From Alphaproteobacteria bacterium (lineage in GTDB: Bacteria; Pseudomonadota; Alphaproteobacteria; Bin95): a stretch of 64,000 nucleotides of DNA. Position numbers and translations under genes: made by a program. This document shows positions 18,592 through 27,257 of the stretch, piece after piece. Where the stretch lies: assembly GCA_965200785.1 (NCBI GenBank), contig CBDAVA010000002.1, positions 291,366 through 355,365 on the forward strand, given 5' to 3'. Under the pieces are notes generated by a model. That model saw only the letters and a program-made list of their open reading frames with translations. It was not told where the DNA came from and did not search any database. Each line of letters opens with the position of its first letter. The stretch's first letter is position 1.

Positions 18592-19428
18592 GTGAACCGT
18601 TTCGCGCTCACCTTCCGGCTTCCGATCGTCGTCTGGCAGGGGCTCTTCTTCCTCGGCCCCCTGTTCTTCATGATCGCGATGAGCTTCTTCCTGGTGAAGA
18701 ACTACCGGATGGAGGAGGCGTTCGAGCTCAAGAACTGGGCGCGGATGCTGACCAGGGGCTATGTCTGGGACAGCTACTGGTACACGCTGGGCCTGGCGGG
18801 GGCGACCACGCTGGTAGCGACGCTGGTCGCCTTTCCCGCGGCCTTCGCCCTGGCGTTCCGGGTGTCGGATGCCGTGCGGCGCTGGGCGATCTTTCTTCTC
18901 ATCATCCCCTTCTTCACCTCCTATCTGGTCCGCATATTCTCCTGGTACGTGATCCTGGCTGAATCGGGCGTGGTGAACGCCGGACTCGGCCCCGTCGGGC
19001 TCGGCCCCTATACGATGCTCAACACGCCTTTCGGCACGATCGTCGGCTACCTGACCCTGACCCTGCCATTGGTCGTAATCCTGCAGACCGTCTCGCTCGC
19101 CAATATCGACCGGAACCTCGTCCAGGCCGCGCGCAATCTGGGCTGCCCGCCCCGGCGCACGCTGTTCGCCGTGATCGTGCCGCTCGCAAAGGCCGGGCTC
19201 ATCATCGCGGCGCTGTTCTGCTTCATCCTGTCCTTCGGGGACTTCGTCGCGCCCTATTACCTTGGCGGGTCGAAGCCTCCTACCCTGCCGATACTGATTA
19301 TCGACACCACGAAATCCGGCCAGCAATGGCCGCGCGCGTCCGTCGTCGCGGTGATGATGATGCTCACGCTCTTCACCATCGCCGCCACCGCAATCTGGCT
19401 GGCCTATCGCAAGCGGTTATCGGCATGA
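18592..19428 (+). CDS. ABC transporter permease (PotB-like)
   Basis: 278-aa polytopic protein carrying the permease signature region AARNLGCPPRRTLFAVIVPLAK. Confidence 0.88.
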   Translation: MNRFALTFRLPIVVWQGLFFLGPLFFMIAMSFFLVKNYRMEEAFELKNWARMLTRGYVWDSYWYTLGLAGATTLVATLVAFPAAFALAFRVSDAVRRWAIFLLIIPFFTSYLVRIFSWYVILAESGVVNAGLGPVGLGPYTMLNTPFGTIVGYLTLTLPLVVILQTVSLANIDRNLVQAARNLGCPPRRTLFAVIVPLAKAGLIIAALFCFILSFGDFVAPYYLGGSKPPTLPILIIDTTKSGQQWPRASVVAVMMMLTLFTIAATAIWLAYRKRLSA

Positions 19429-20213
19429 GCGCACGGATCGCGACCGTCCTCCTGATCGGTTGGCTGCTGCTGGTATTCGTCTTCGTCTTCGCGCCGATCG
19501 TGGCTTCGGTCGTCTTCTCCTTCAACTCGGACCGGTTCCCGACGATCCCGCTGGGCTCGTTCACCACCCACTGGTACGACACCATCTTCGCCGACGCCGA
19601 GATTGGCGAGGCGGCCCGCAACTCGGTCGTCGTCTCGCTGTCGGCATCCGTCATCGCAACAACGCTCGGCTTCGCGACCGCCTACACCGACTACCGCTAC
19701 AGTTTCCGTCTCAAGGGTCCGTATCTGGCGCTGATCCTGCTGCCGCCGACGATCCCGCTCATCATCATGGCGCTCGCCATGCTGGCCTGGCTGTCTTGGA
19801 TCGGGGCGTCGGGCCAGCTCTGGTCCATTATTGTCGCGCATTCCGTGCTGACGGCGCCCTTCGCCATGGCGATCATCCGCCTGCGGCTGAACCAGATCGA
19901 CCCGAACCTGGAGGCTGCGGCCTGGAACCTGGGCTCCTCCGAGTGGCAGGCGCTGCGGTCGGTTATCCTGCCCTTCTGCCGGCCCGCTATCATTTCCGCC
20001 GCCTGCCTGACCGCCGCCGTTTCCTTCGACGAGTTCGCGGTGGCGTGGTTCGTGAGCGGCCTGAACAAGACCGTGCCGGTCATCGTCCTGGAGATCGTGC
20101 AGGGCAATATCGACCCGCAGGTGAACGCCATCGGGTCGCTGGTGTTCCTGACGTCGATCACGCTGGTGGTCCTGGCCCAGGTCTTCTTCATCTCCCGGAT
20201 CGGCCGCGCATGA
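19425..20213 (+). CDS. ABC transporter permease (PotC-like)
   Basis: ATGA overlap with the upstream stop. The protein starts MSARIATVLLIGWLLLVFVFVFAPIV and contains AAWNLGSSEWQALRSVILPF. Confidence 0.88.
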   Translation: MSARIATVLLIGWLLLVFVFVFAPIVASVVFSFNSDRFPTIPLGSFTTHWYDTIFADAEIGEAARNSVVVSLSASVIATTLGFATAYTDYRYSFRLKGPYLALILLPPTIPLIIMALAMLAWLSWIGASGQLWSIIVAHSVLTAPFAMAIIRLRLNQIDPNLEAAAWNLGSSEWQALRSVILPFCRPAIISAACLTAAVSFDEFAVAWFVSGLNKTVPVIVLEIVQGNIDPQVNAIGSLVFLTSITLVVLAQVFFISRIGRA

Positions 20214-21265
20214 CAGAGCCTCTCGTCACTCTCTCGGGCGTAGTCAAGCGGTTCGGGGACTTCACGGCCGTCCACCGCCTGGACCTCGAAATCGCGGCCG
20301 GCGAGTTCATCGCCATCATGGGCCCGTCGGGCTGCGGCAAGACGACGACGCTCCGGATGATCGCCGGGCTGGAGGCGCCGAGCGAGGGCGAGGTCCGCAT
20401 CGGCGGGCGGCTGATGAACGACGTGCCGGTTCACGAGCGCGACACGCCGATGGTGTGGCAGTCGCTGGCCCTGTTCCCCTTCCTCAACGCGCGGGAGAAT
20501 GTCGAGTTCGGGCTGAGGATGCGCGGGATCGGCGTCGCCGAACGGCGCCGGCGCGCGGTCGAATGGCTGGAACGGCTCGAGATCGTGGAGTTCGCCGAGC
20601 GCAATGTCGAGACGCTATCGGGCGGGCAGCGCCAGCGGGTGGCGCTTGCGCGCTCGCTGGTGACGGAGCCGCAGATCCTGTTGCTGGACGAGCCGCTGTC
20701 GGCCCTGGATGCCCACCTCGTCATTCGCATGCAGGGCGTGCTGACGCGCCTGCAACGCGAACTCGGCATCACCTTTGCCTATGTCACGCATTCGCAATCC
20801 GAGGCCTTCGCCATGGCCGACCGGATCGTGATCATGTCCGGGGGCCGCATCGTCCAGATTGGCCAGCCCCGCGAGATTTACCGGGCGCCCGCAAACCGCT
20901 TCGTGGCCGAGTTCGTGGGCCGGAACAATATCCTCGGCGGGACCAGCCGCGGCGCTGCGATCGAAACGGCGCTCGGCGTCTTCCCCGCTGCCGGCCTGCC
21001 GGCGGCGGGCAGGCCGGCCGCCCTTGTCATCGCCGCCGACCTGGTCCGGATCAGCCGCACGCCGTCCGAGGACGCGATCCCCTGCACGCTGATTTCGGAG
21101 GAATTCGTCGGCGCGATGGTGACGCTGTTCCTCGAGGCGGCGGACGGAACCGAACTGAAGGTCCAGGTGACAGAACACGCGCTCGGCGACCTGAGCCTGC
21201 ACGCCGGCGGCCAGTTCCATCTCAGCTGGCCGGCCGACGCCGGCCACGTCCTGGCCGAGGACTGA
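20210..21265 (+). CDS. ABC transporter ATP-binding protein (PotA-like)
   Basis: ATG at 20210 gives MTEPLVTLSGVVKRFGDFTAV. Walker A GPSGCGKTT, signature LSGGQRQRVALAR, and a TOBE-like C-terminus. Confidence 0.92.
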   Translation: MTEPLVTLSGVVKRFGDFTAVHRLDLEIAAGEFIAIMGPSGCGKTTTLRMIAGLEAPSEGEVRIGGRLMNDVPVHERDTPMVWQSLALFPFLNARENVEFGLRMRGIGVAERRRRAVEWLERLEIVEFAERNVETLSGGQRQRVALARSLVTEPQILLLDEPLSALDAHLVIRMQGVLTRLQRELGITFAYVTHSQSEAFAMADRIVIMSGGRIVQIGQPREIYRAPANRFVAEFVGRNNILGGTSRGAAIETALGVFPAAGLPAAGRPAALVIAADLVRISRTPSEDAIPCTLISEEFVGAMVTLFLEAADGTELKVQVTEHALGDLSLHAGGQFHLSWPADAGHVLAED

Positions 21266-21277
21266 GCAGAGGCCGGG

Positions 21278-21670
21278 ATGATCCGGAACCCGATTCCCTG
21301 GCCGGGCGGCGCAAAATGCGCCGTCGCAATCACCTTCGACATGGACGCCGACAGCCTGATCCATATTGCCTGGCCGGAGGACGGGGTCGACCGGCTCTAC
21401 GAGACCGCGCTCGACCAGGTTCGGCACAATCTCGACTTCGTGCGGCCGGGCATGGAATTCGTCGAGTTCAACGAGAGGAGCTGGCGAATCCCGGACCGGC
21501 ATATGCCGTATTGCTATACGCTGGCTGTCCACGGCGTCGGCATGGCTGGAATGCGCGGTGCGGGACAAGGCCGACGCCCTATGCGCGATTCGCCCGCGTC
21601 AGGCCGCAGGCGTAACGGCGAGAGGTGTCGCACGATACCGATCATAATTGCATGCGATAAATGTCCCTGA
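21278..21670 (+). pseudogene. truncated polysaccharide deacetylase paralog (only about 35 N-terminal codons recognisable)
   Basis: MIRNPIPWPGGAKCAVAITFDMDADSLIHIA matches the N-terminal motif of the deacetylase at 13591-14511 (WPGGARCAVALSFDSDHE). The remaining ~95 codons carry no family motifs (no ATFF or HxxxH) and run into an AT-richer spacer. Confidence 0.6.
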
Positions 21671-21930
21671 AAATCAAAGGGTTACAGACCGTCAGAGCTC
21701 GATTTCGATCACATGTCGGTCTCGGTGGTTGCGTGCCCCCGCAACCATCGTAATCCGCTGAAAATATTGCTCTTTTTGGAAGGTTTCGGTAAGGTGGGTC
21801 CTTCATCAGCGCCTCGGGCTCAGGCCGGTTCTTGAGGTCGTGCCGCCGAGAACTTCTGAGCGGTCCAGCACCAAGGCCAGCCGGGTCATCGACAACCGAC
21901 CGCGTTAGCGGATCAAGCGGAGGAGCATCG

Positions 21931-22695
21931 ATGGTGAGCCTCACCGCCAAGGAAGCAAACAGCGTTTTCCGGATCATGCGCGAACTCACGGCCGGCCACG
22001 GGGCGCGCGAGTTGAGACAGCGGATCGGGCCGTTTCTTCTCGACCTGTTTGATGCGCAATATTTCGCGTCATATGTCTGGTGCGAGCCCGCCTCGATGTT
22101 CGGCGACTGCGTCTCGTTCAATATGTCCGACGACAATCTGAACGCTTACGAAGCTCACTATCAGTATTGCGATCCGATCACCCCGATCCTCAAGCGCCGC
22201 CGCCGCGCCACCGCTGTCGCCGAAGTCATCTCCCGTCCCCGGTTGGAGAGCACCGAGTTCTTCAACGATTTTCTCGCCCGGGATGGTCTCCACTATGGAG
22301 CCAACTATTACGCCTATTCGGGCTCGCTCAATATCGGCGACCTTCGCATATGGCGCGCCCGCCACCGGGAAGATTTTTCCCGCCGCGACGTCAGGCTCCT
22401 CGACGCGATCGGCCCCGCCTTTACCAATGCCATGCGAATTGCGCTTGCGCGGGACGGGAACCACCAGGGAACCCTCTCTCTCATTGCCGCTGTGGAACAT
22501 ATGCAGTCACAGACCCCGCTGACAATGCGCGAAAAAGAAGTTGCGGTGGCCATGCTGCTCGGATGCTCGGACAAGCAAATCGCCGAGCGATGCGGAGTCG
22601 CCCCGACCACGGTTCGCACCCATTCCCGGCATATATTCGAAAAACTGGAGATTTCGGGACGCAATCAGCTTTTCAAACGCCTCGCATTTCACTGA
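21931..22695 (+). CDS. LuxR-family transcriptional regulator
   Basis: ATG at 21931 follows GGAGGAGCATCG. The C-terminal HTH reads LTMREKEVAVAMLLGCSDKQIAERCGVAPTTVRTHSRHIFEKLEISGRNQL. The N-terminal ~185-aa sensor-like domain is unassigned. Confidence 0.88.
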   Translation: MVSLTAKEANSVFRIMRELTAGHGARELRQRIGPFLLDLFDAQYFASYVWCEPASMFGDCVSFNMSDDNLNAYEAHYQYCDPITPILKRRRRATAVAEVISRPRLESTEFFNDFLARDGLHYGANYYAYSGSLNIGDLRIWRARHREDFSRRDVRLLDAIGPAFTNAMRIALARDGNHQGTLSLIAAVEHMQSQTPLTMREKEVAVAMLLGCSDKQIAERCGVAPTTVRTHSRHIFEKLEISGRNQLFKRLAFH

Positions 22696-22743
22696 CCGCG
22701 GATTCACCGGATCGAGGCAGCGCTGCCCGCCTTGGCCGCGATT

Positions 22744-23439
22744 TCAAATCCTCAACCGCGACATCAGCGCATCGCGCAGACCCGGTTTGTTCCGGGCGCT
22801 GAACAGGCATTCGCCGCGGTCGAGAAGGTGGACGCGGTCACCGGCTTCCTCGATCATATTCAGGTTCTGTTCGACAATCAGAAAGCTCCGCCCGCGTGCA
22901 GCCTGCATCCTGATGAACGCGCTCATGGAGGCGATGGTTTCCGGTTGCACTCCTTCCGTCGGTTCGTCGAGAACGACCAGCTGCGTGTCTTCGGCCAATG
23001 CCCGGCAAAATGACAGCACCTTCTTCTCCCCGCCGGAGAGCGTGCCGGCCCGTTGATCCAGGCGCTTGTCGAGAAACGGGAAGCGGGCGAACAATTCGCC
23101 GTATCGGTGCAGGGAGCGGCTGTTGGAATGCACAGTGAGGTTTTCCGCGACTGTCAGCTCATTGAAAACGATCTCCTCCTGCGGGGCATATCCAAGACCG
23201 GCGCGGCGGCGGCGGTGGCCCGGCAAGACGGTTACGTCCTGCCCTCGAAAGACCACCCGGCCTGCGGCGGGGGACAGATGGCCTGCGATCAATTTCATCA
23301 AGGTCGACTTGCCGACGCCGTTCCGGCCGGTGACAAACGAAGCCTCGCCGGCGCGCACGCTGCCGGAGAAACTGCGGATGACGGTCATATCCCCGTAGCC
23401 GCCTGCCAGCCCCTCGACCTCGAGCAGACTGTCGCTCAT
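22744..23439 (-). CDS. ABC transporter ATP-binding protein (LivF/UrtE-like)
   Basis: 231 aa. Walker A GRNGVGKST, signature LSGGEKK, Walker B LVVLDEP. Confidence 0.9.
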   Translation of the reverse strand: MSDSLLEVEGLAGGYGDMTVIRSFSGSVRAGEASFVTGRNGVGKSTLMKLIAGHLSPAAGRVVFRGQDVTVLPGHRRRRAGLGYAPQEEIVFNELTVAENLTVHSNSRSLHRYGELFARFPFLDKRLDQRAGTLSGGEKKVLSFCRALAEDTQLVVLDEPTEGVQPETIASMSAFIRMQAARGRSFLIVEQNLNMIEEAGDRVHLLDRGECLFSARNKPGLRDALMSRLRI

Positions 23440-25187
23440 GCCTTGCTGCCTCCGGCATAAACGGCTTGCACCTTCGGATCGCGGCGGACATCCGCCATCG
23501 TGCCGCTGGCCAGCAAACGGCCCTGGTGCAGCACATGGACCGTGTCGGACAGACGATCCACCACCTCCATGTCATGCTCGATAATGATCCCGGTTGCGCC
23601 CAACTCCGCAATCAATTCGGAAATGGCCTCGGTCATTTGCGCGGTTTCGTCCACCGACAGTCCCGCGCATGGCTCATCCAGGAGAACCAGGTCGGGCTCG
23701 GCCAGCATGGTGAGGGCGAAATCCAGCATCTGGCGCTGACCGACCGAGAGGGCTCCCGCCGGTTGTCCGGAATGTTCGAGAAAAGGAAACCGCTCTTCCA
23801 GTCGGCACAGCAATGGCGTCGTCCACCGATAGGGGGCCATGCGGAGCAATTCGGACGGCCGCATACGATTTGCCCACAGGGCGATATCCACATTCTGGGC
23901 GATGGTCAGAGACGGGAACACTGACGGCACCTGGAATTTCCTGCCAATTCCCATGGCCGCCACCCTGTGGGTCCTCCTCCCGACCAGAGACGTGCCGGCC
24001 CAGCGGATATCGCCGGCGCTCAGAGGCAGCCTTCCGGTCATGGCGTTCAGTGCCGACGTCTTGCCGGCGCCGTTCGGTCCGATCACGCAATGGATGGCCT
24101 TCGAGCCGACGGCGAGTGTCAGCCCCTTCAGGATTTCAACCGACCCGACCGTCACATCGACGCCCCGAAACTCGAGAGCCGGCACCGGCTTCGCCGGCGG
24201 CGCCGGCAGACTGATGCTGCGCCGGCGCGCGGGGACGGGCCGCCGCCCCAACGGTGTGCGCTGCCAGAGCGACAGGAGCATGCCCGCCATGCCCGATGGC
24301 CATTTGAGAACCACCGCGATGAAAACAATGGCGACCACAACCTCCCAATAGAGGAAATCGTCGCGCAGGCCGGATGCCAGGAAACCGATGGCGACCGCAC
24401 CCATGACGGGGCCGGCCAGACTTGTTCTTCCGCCCACCGCTGTCCAGATCACGAACTCGGCCGACAGCAGAAACCCCACCGCCTGCGGCGTCACGATACC
24501 CTGATGAGGCGCATACAGCGCGCCGGCGAAACCGGCGATGCCGGCGCTGATCGCAAACGCGCCCGCCTTGAAGAGGCTCGTATTGAAACCGAAGAACTGA
24601 AGTCGTTCCTCGTTCTGCGATATGGCGGAAAGCAACTGGCCGAACGGGGTTCGCAGCAGATAGCCGAGCGCCAGTGTCGTGGCCGCCAGAAACGCGACGA
24701 TCACGTAATAGAGATGCTCGAACCGGCTCACCCCGGGCAGCAGGTCCGGGATACCGGTCATGCCGTTGAACCCGCCGGTAAGGTGTTCCAGGGAGTTCGC
24801 GAGCTGGAATCCCAACATCGCGAGCGCCAGGGTAATCAGGGAGAAATAGGGTCCAGAACCGATCTGCCGATGGAATACCAGCGCTCCCACGAAGCCGGCG
24901 AGAAGCGCCGGAAGCAGGCCCGCCGCGGCGATGGCGAGCACCAGGACCGGCCAGTCGTTTCCGAACGCGCTGAGAGCTGCCCCCGTGACATAGGCGCCGA
25001 TCCCGAAAAACAGGGCCTGTCCCAATGGCAGGAACCCGGCCCGGCCCCAACACAGGGCGACACCCTGCCCAACCATGCCGTAGATGAGATAGAGGCCGAG
25101 CTCATAGGCCGTGTAACTGCCCCACAAGAACGGGAGCAACCCCAACGCCGCCAACGCGGCAAGATTAGCGGCGAGCGTAAAGCCCAT
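23436..25187 (-). CDS. fused ABC permease (LivM/UrtC-like) and ATP-binding (LivG/UrtD-like) protein
   Basis: 583 aa. The N-terminal ~320 aa are polytopic membrane sequence. A Pro/Arg linker (RRPVPARRRSISLPAPPAKP) follows, then an ATPase with GPNGAGKTS, LSVGQRQ and LVLLDEP. Confidence 0.88.
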   Translation of the reverse strand: MGFTLAANLAALAALGLLPFLWGSYTAYELGLYLIYGMVGQGVALCWGRAGFLPLGQALFFGIGAYVTGAALSAFGNDWPVLVLAIAAAGLLPALLAGFVGALVFHRQIGSGPYFSLITLALAMLGFQLANSLEHLTGGFNGMTGIPDLLPGVSRFEHLYYVIVAFLAATTLALGYLLRTPFGQLLSAISQNEERLQFFGFNTSLFKAGAFAISAGIAGFAGALYAPHQGIVTPQAVGFLLSAEFVIWTAVGGRTSLAGPVMGAVAIGFLASGLRDDFLYWEVVVAIVFIAVVLKWPSGMAGMLLSLWQRTPLGRRPVPARRRSISLPAPPAKPVPALEFRGVDVTVGSVEILKGLTLAVGSKAIHCVIGPNGAGKTSALNAMTGRLPLSAGDIRWAGTSLVGRRTHRVAAMGIGRKFQVPSVFPSLTIAQNVDIALWANRMRPSELLRMAPYRWTTPLLCRLEERFPFLEHSGQPAGALSVGQRQMLDFALTMLAEPDLVLLDEPCAGLSVDETAQMTEAISELIAELGATGIIIEHDMEVVDRLSDTVHVLHQGRLLASGTMADVRRDPKVQAVYAGGSKA

Positions 25188-26016
25188 GCGGCCGCAGCCA
25201 GAGGAACAGAATCGAGATCGTCAGCACGCCGATATAGCCTGCGGCCTTGTCGAAAACGGCGGATACGGCCACGTCAACGCCGCCGATTGCTGCGGCACCG
25301 ATGAGCATGCCTTCCAGAGTGCCCAGACCGCCCACAACCAACACGAAGAACGATGAGAGCAGATAGTCGAGTCCCATATAGGGTTCGACGCGAACGAGAG
25401 GTGCGAGCAAGGCACCTGCGAGCCCCGCCGTGCTGACGCCGAAGACAAAAGTCCAGCGCGCAAGCCGCCCGGTATCGATGCCGACGGCTGTAGCAAGCGT
25501 CGGGTTCGCAACCATGGCCTTGATGCGGGCGCCGGTATTGCTCCGCCGATACCAGACGAACAGGCACGCGAACAGGCTGGTAACCACGCCGAGCAGGATC
25601 AGGCGATAGGCCGGATAATCGATGCCGAAGACCGCCACCGTCCCCGGGACCAGCTGGTCCACGCTTTTATATTCGCGCCCGAAAACCGCCTCCACGCCCT
25701 CGCGCAACAGAACCGCCAGGCCCCAGGTCGCGAGAAAGGTGTCGAAAGGACGGCGATAGAGGTGGCGGACGATCGACCATTCGACGGCCAGACCGATGGC
25801 GACGCATACCGCGACGGCCAGCGGAACGGCAAGCGGCAGCGGCAGCCCGGCCTCCTGCACCACGACGGCGCTGTAGGCTCCCAGCATCACGAACTCGCCA
25901 TGTGCCATGTTCATGACGCCGAGCAGGCCGAAAACCACGGCAAGCCCCAGGACGACCAGCCCGAGGATTGCCGCGATATAGATGAAATTCAGGCTATAGG
26001 TTCCGACAAGTTCCAC
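25165..26016 (-). CDS. ABC transporter permease (LivH/UrtB-like)
   Basis: 283 aa. Contains GVMNMAHGEFVMLGAY, characteristic of HAAT-family / UrtB permeases. Confidence 0.9.
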   Translation of the reverse strand: MELVGTYSLNFIYIAAILGLVVLGLAVVFGLLGVMNMAHGEFVMLGAYSAVVVQEAGLPLPLAVPLAVAVCVAIGLAVEWSIVRHLYRRPFDTFLATWGLAVLLREGVEAVFGREYKSVDQLVPGTVAVFGIDYPAYRLILLGVVTSLFACLFVWYRRSNTGARIKAMVANPTLATAVGIDTGRLARWTFVFGVSTAGLAGALLAPLVRVEPYMGLDYLLSSFFVLVVGGLGTLEGMLIGAAAIGGVDVAVSAVFDKAAGYIGVLTISILFLWLRPHGLYARR

Positions 26017-26061
26017 GCGCTGTCCGACGCTCGTTGGCCGTCCGTTCGAGGCGTCAACCCG

Positions 26062-27228
26062 CTACCCGCAATTGTCGCCGGCGCCGACATCGGCAAATGT
26101 TTCGATAACTCTGAATTCCGCGCCGGCGGCCTCCGCGAGATAGATATCCTTGGATACGTGCCGATCCTGCATGGTCGCCCTGCCCCTCGGGCCCTCGTAA
26201 CTCGTCCCGTCCGCCGCCTCATCCATGTCGGCGGCCGACAGTGATCCGGCTCGTTCCGAAAGGGCGCCGAGGAACTTCATTCCTTCGTAACAGGATTCCC
26301 CGAGAGCGTTGAGCGCCGCCGCTTCGGCGCCGAATGCCGCCATATACGCGGTCTTGAACGCGGTGGCCGCCGGGCTGTCGATATTCCCGAAATAGCCCGC
26401 AGAGGAATAGAGGTTGGCGGCGTTCTCGGCGCCAATTCCGGCCAGGGTGTTTTCTTCAATCAGCGTCCCCAGCCTGAGCGCCGCGTCCGAAAGCCCGAAG
26501 CTGGCAAACGCCCGGTTGAACCCGACCGAAGCGCCGCCGACCAGAGTGATCAGAACCGCATTGGCGCCCGTCTCCCTGATCTTGGCCAGATTGGAATCGA
26601 AATTGTCGGCGGTGAATGGAAGATATTCCTCTCCCACCACCGATCCGCCGCTGGCCGCGATATATCCCTTGGCCGCCGCATTGGTGTCGCGCGGCCAGTT
26701 ATAGTCGTTGCCGATCAGATACCACCGGCTTGCGTCCCTGTTCGCCGCCAGCCACGGAATGACCGGTGCCAGCTGCTGGGTCGGCGTTTCCCCCAGCACG
26801 TAAGTTCCGGGCGAGCATTCGCCGCCCTCATATACCGGCGTGTACACATAGGGCACTTCGCCCCCGAACAGGCTGGTGAGTGCGCCGCGCACCGCGCTGT
26901 CATGCATCCCGATGAAGGCTTCGACGTTCTCGCCCTTCCACAGCTTGAGCGCAGCCCGGGTCGCGTCAGCGGGCGGGCCGCCCACGTCTGCGAATACGGG
27001 TTCGATGCTCCGGCCCAGGATTCCGCCGGCTGCGTTGATCTCCTCGACCGCCAGAAGCGTGCAATTCCGACAGGAGGGCCCGAAGAGGCCGGCGGGCCCC
27101 GAAAGCGGGATCAGCACGCCCACCCGAAGCGCTTCTTGCCCGCGGGCCGGCCTGTGCAGCAGGGCGGGAGACAAGCCGGCGAGCACCGCTGCGCCGATGA
27201 ACGTCTTGATGGCTTCTCTGCGTTTCAT
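26062..27228 (-). CDS. ABC transporter substrate-binding protein (LivK/AmiC/FmdD-like, type I periplasmic binding fold)
   Basis: 388 aa. Signal peptide MKRREAIKTFIGAAVLAGLSPALL, then LRVGVLIPLSGPAGLFG. Confidence 0.88.
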   Translation of the reverse strand: MKRREAIKTFIGAAVLAGLSPALLHRPARGQEALRVGVLIPLSGPAGLFGPSCRNCTLLAVEEINAAGGILGRSIEPVFADVGGPPADATRAALKLWKGENVEAFIGMHDSAVRGALTSLFGGEVPYVYTPVYEGGECSPGTYVLGETPTQQLAPVIPWLAANRDASRWYLIGNDYNWPRDTNAAAKGYIAASGGSVVGEEYLPFTADNFDSNLAKIRETGANAVLITLVGGASVGFNRAFASFGLSDAALRLGTLIEENTLAGIGAENAANLYSSAGYFGNIDSPAATAFKTAYMAAFGAEAAALNALGESCYEGMKFLGALSERAGSLSAADMDEAADGTSYEGPRGRATMQDRHVSKDIYLAEAAGAEFRVIETFADVGAGDNCG

Positions 27229-27257
27229 GTCAGGTTCCTCCAGCGATGATCGCCGCG

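Noticed and set aside
19460-21265. 601-aa ORF as a fused permease-ATPase
   Set aside because: Only the last 351 aa (from MTEPLVTLSG at 20210) are PotA-like. The upstream part is an out-of-frame read-through of the PotC-like gene, which has its own well-formed ORF (19425-20213).
21372-21380. A 9-bp match GGCCGGAGG at 21372-21380 and 30112-30120 as possible att-like direct repeats flanking the LuxR/amidase island
   Set aside because: The match is too short and GC-rich to distinguish from chance in this composition, and nothing in the surrounding sequence supports it.
22707-22718. 12-bp palindrome GGCAGCGCTGCC between the convergent luxR and livF-like genes
   Set aside because: It is short and has no loop or U-tract. 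Its chance occurrence is plausible in GC-rich DNA.
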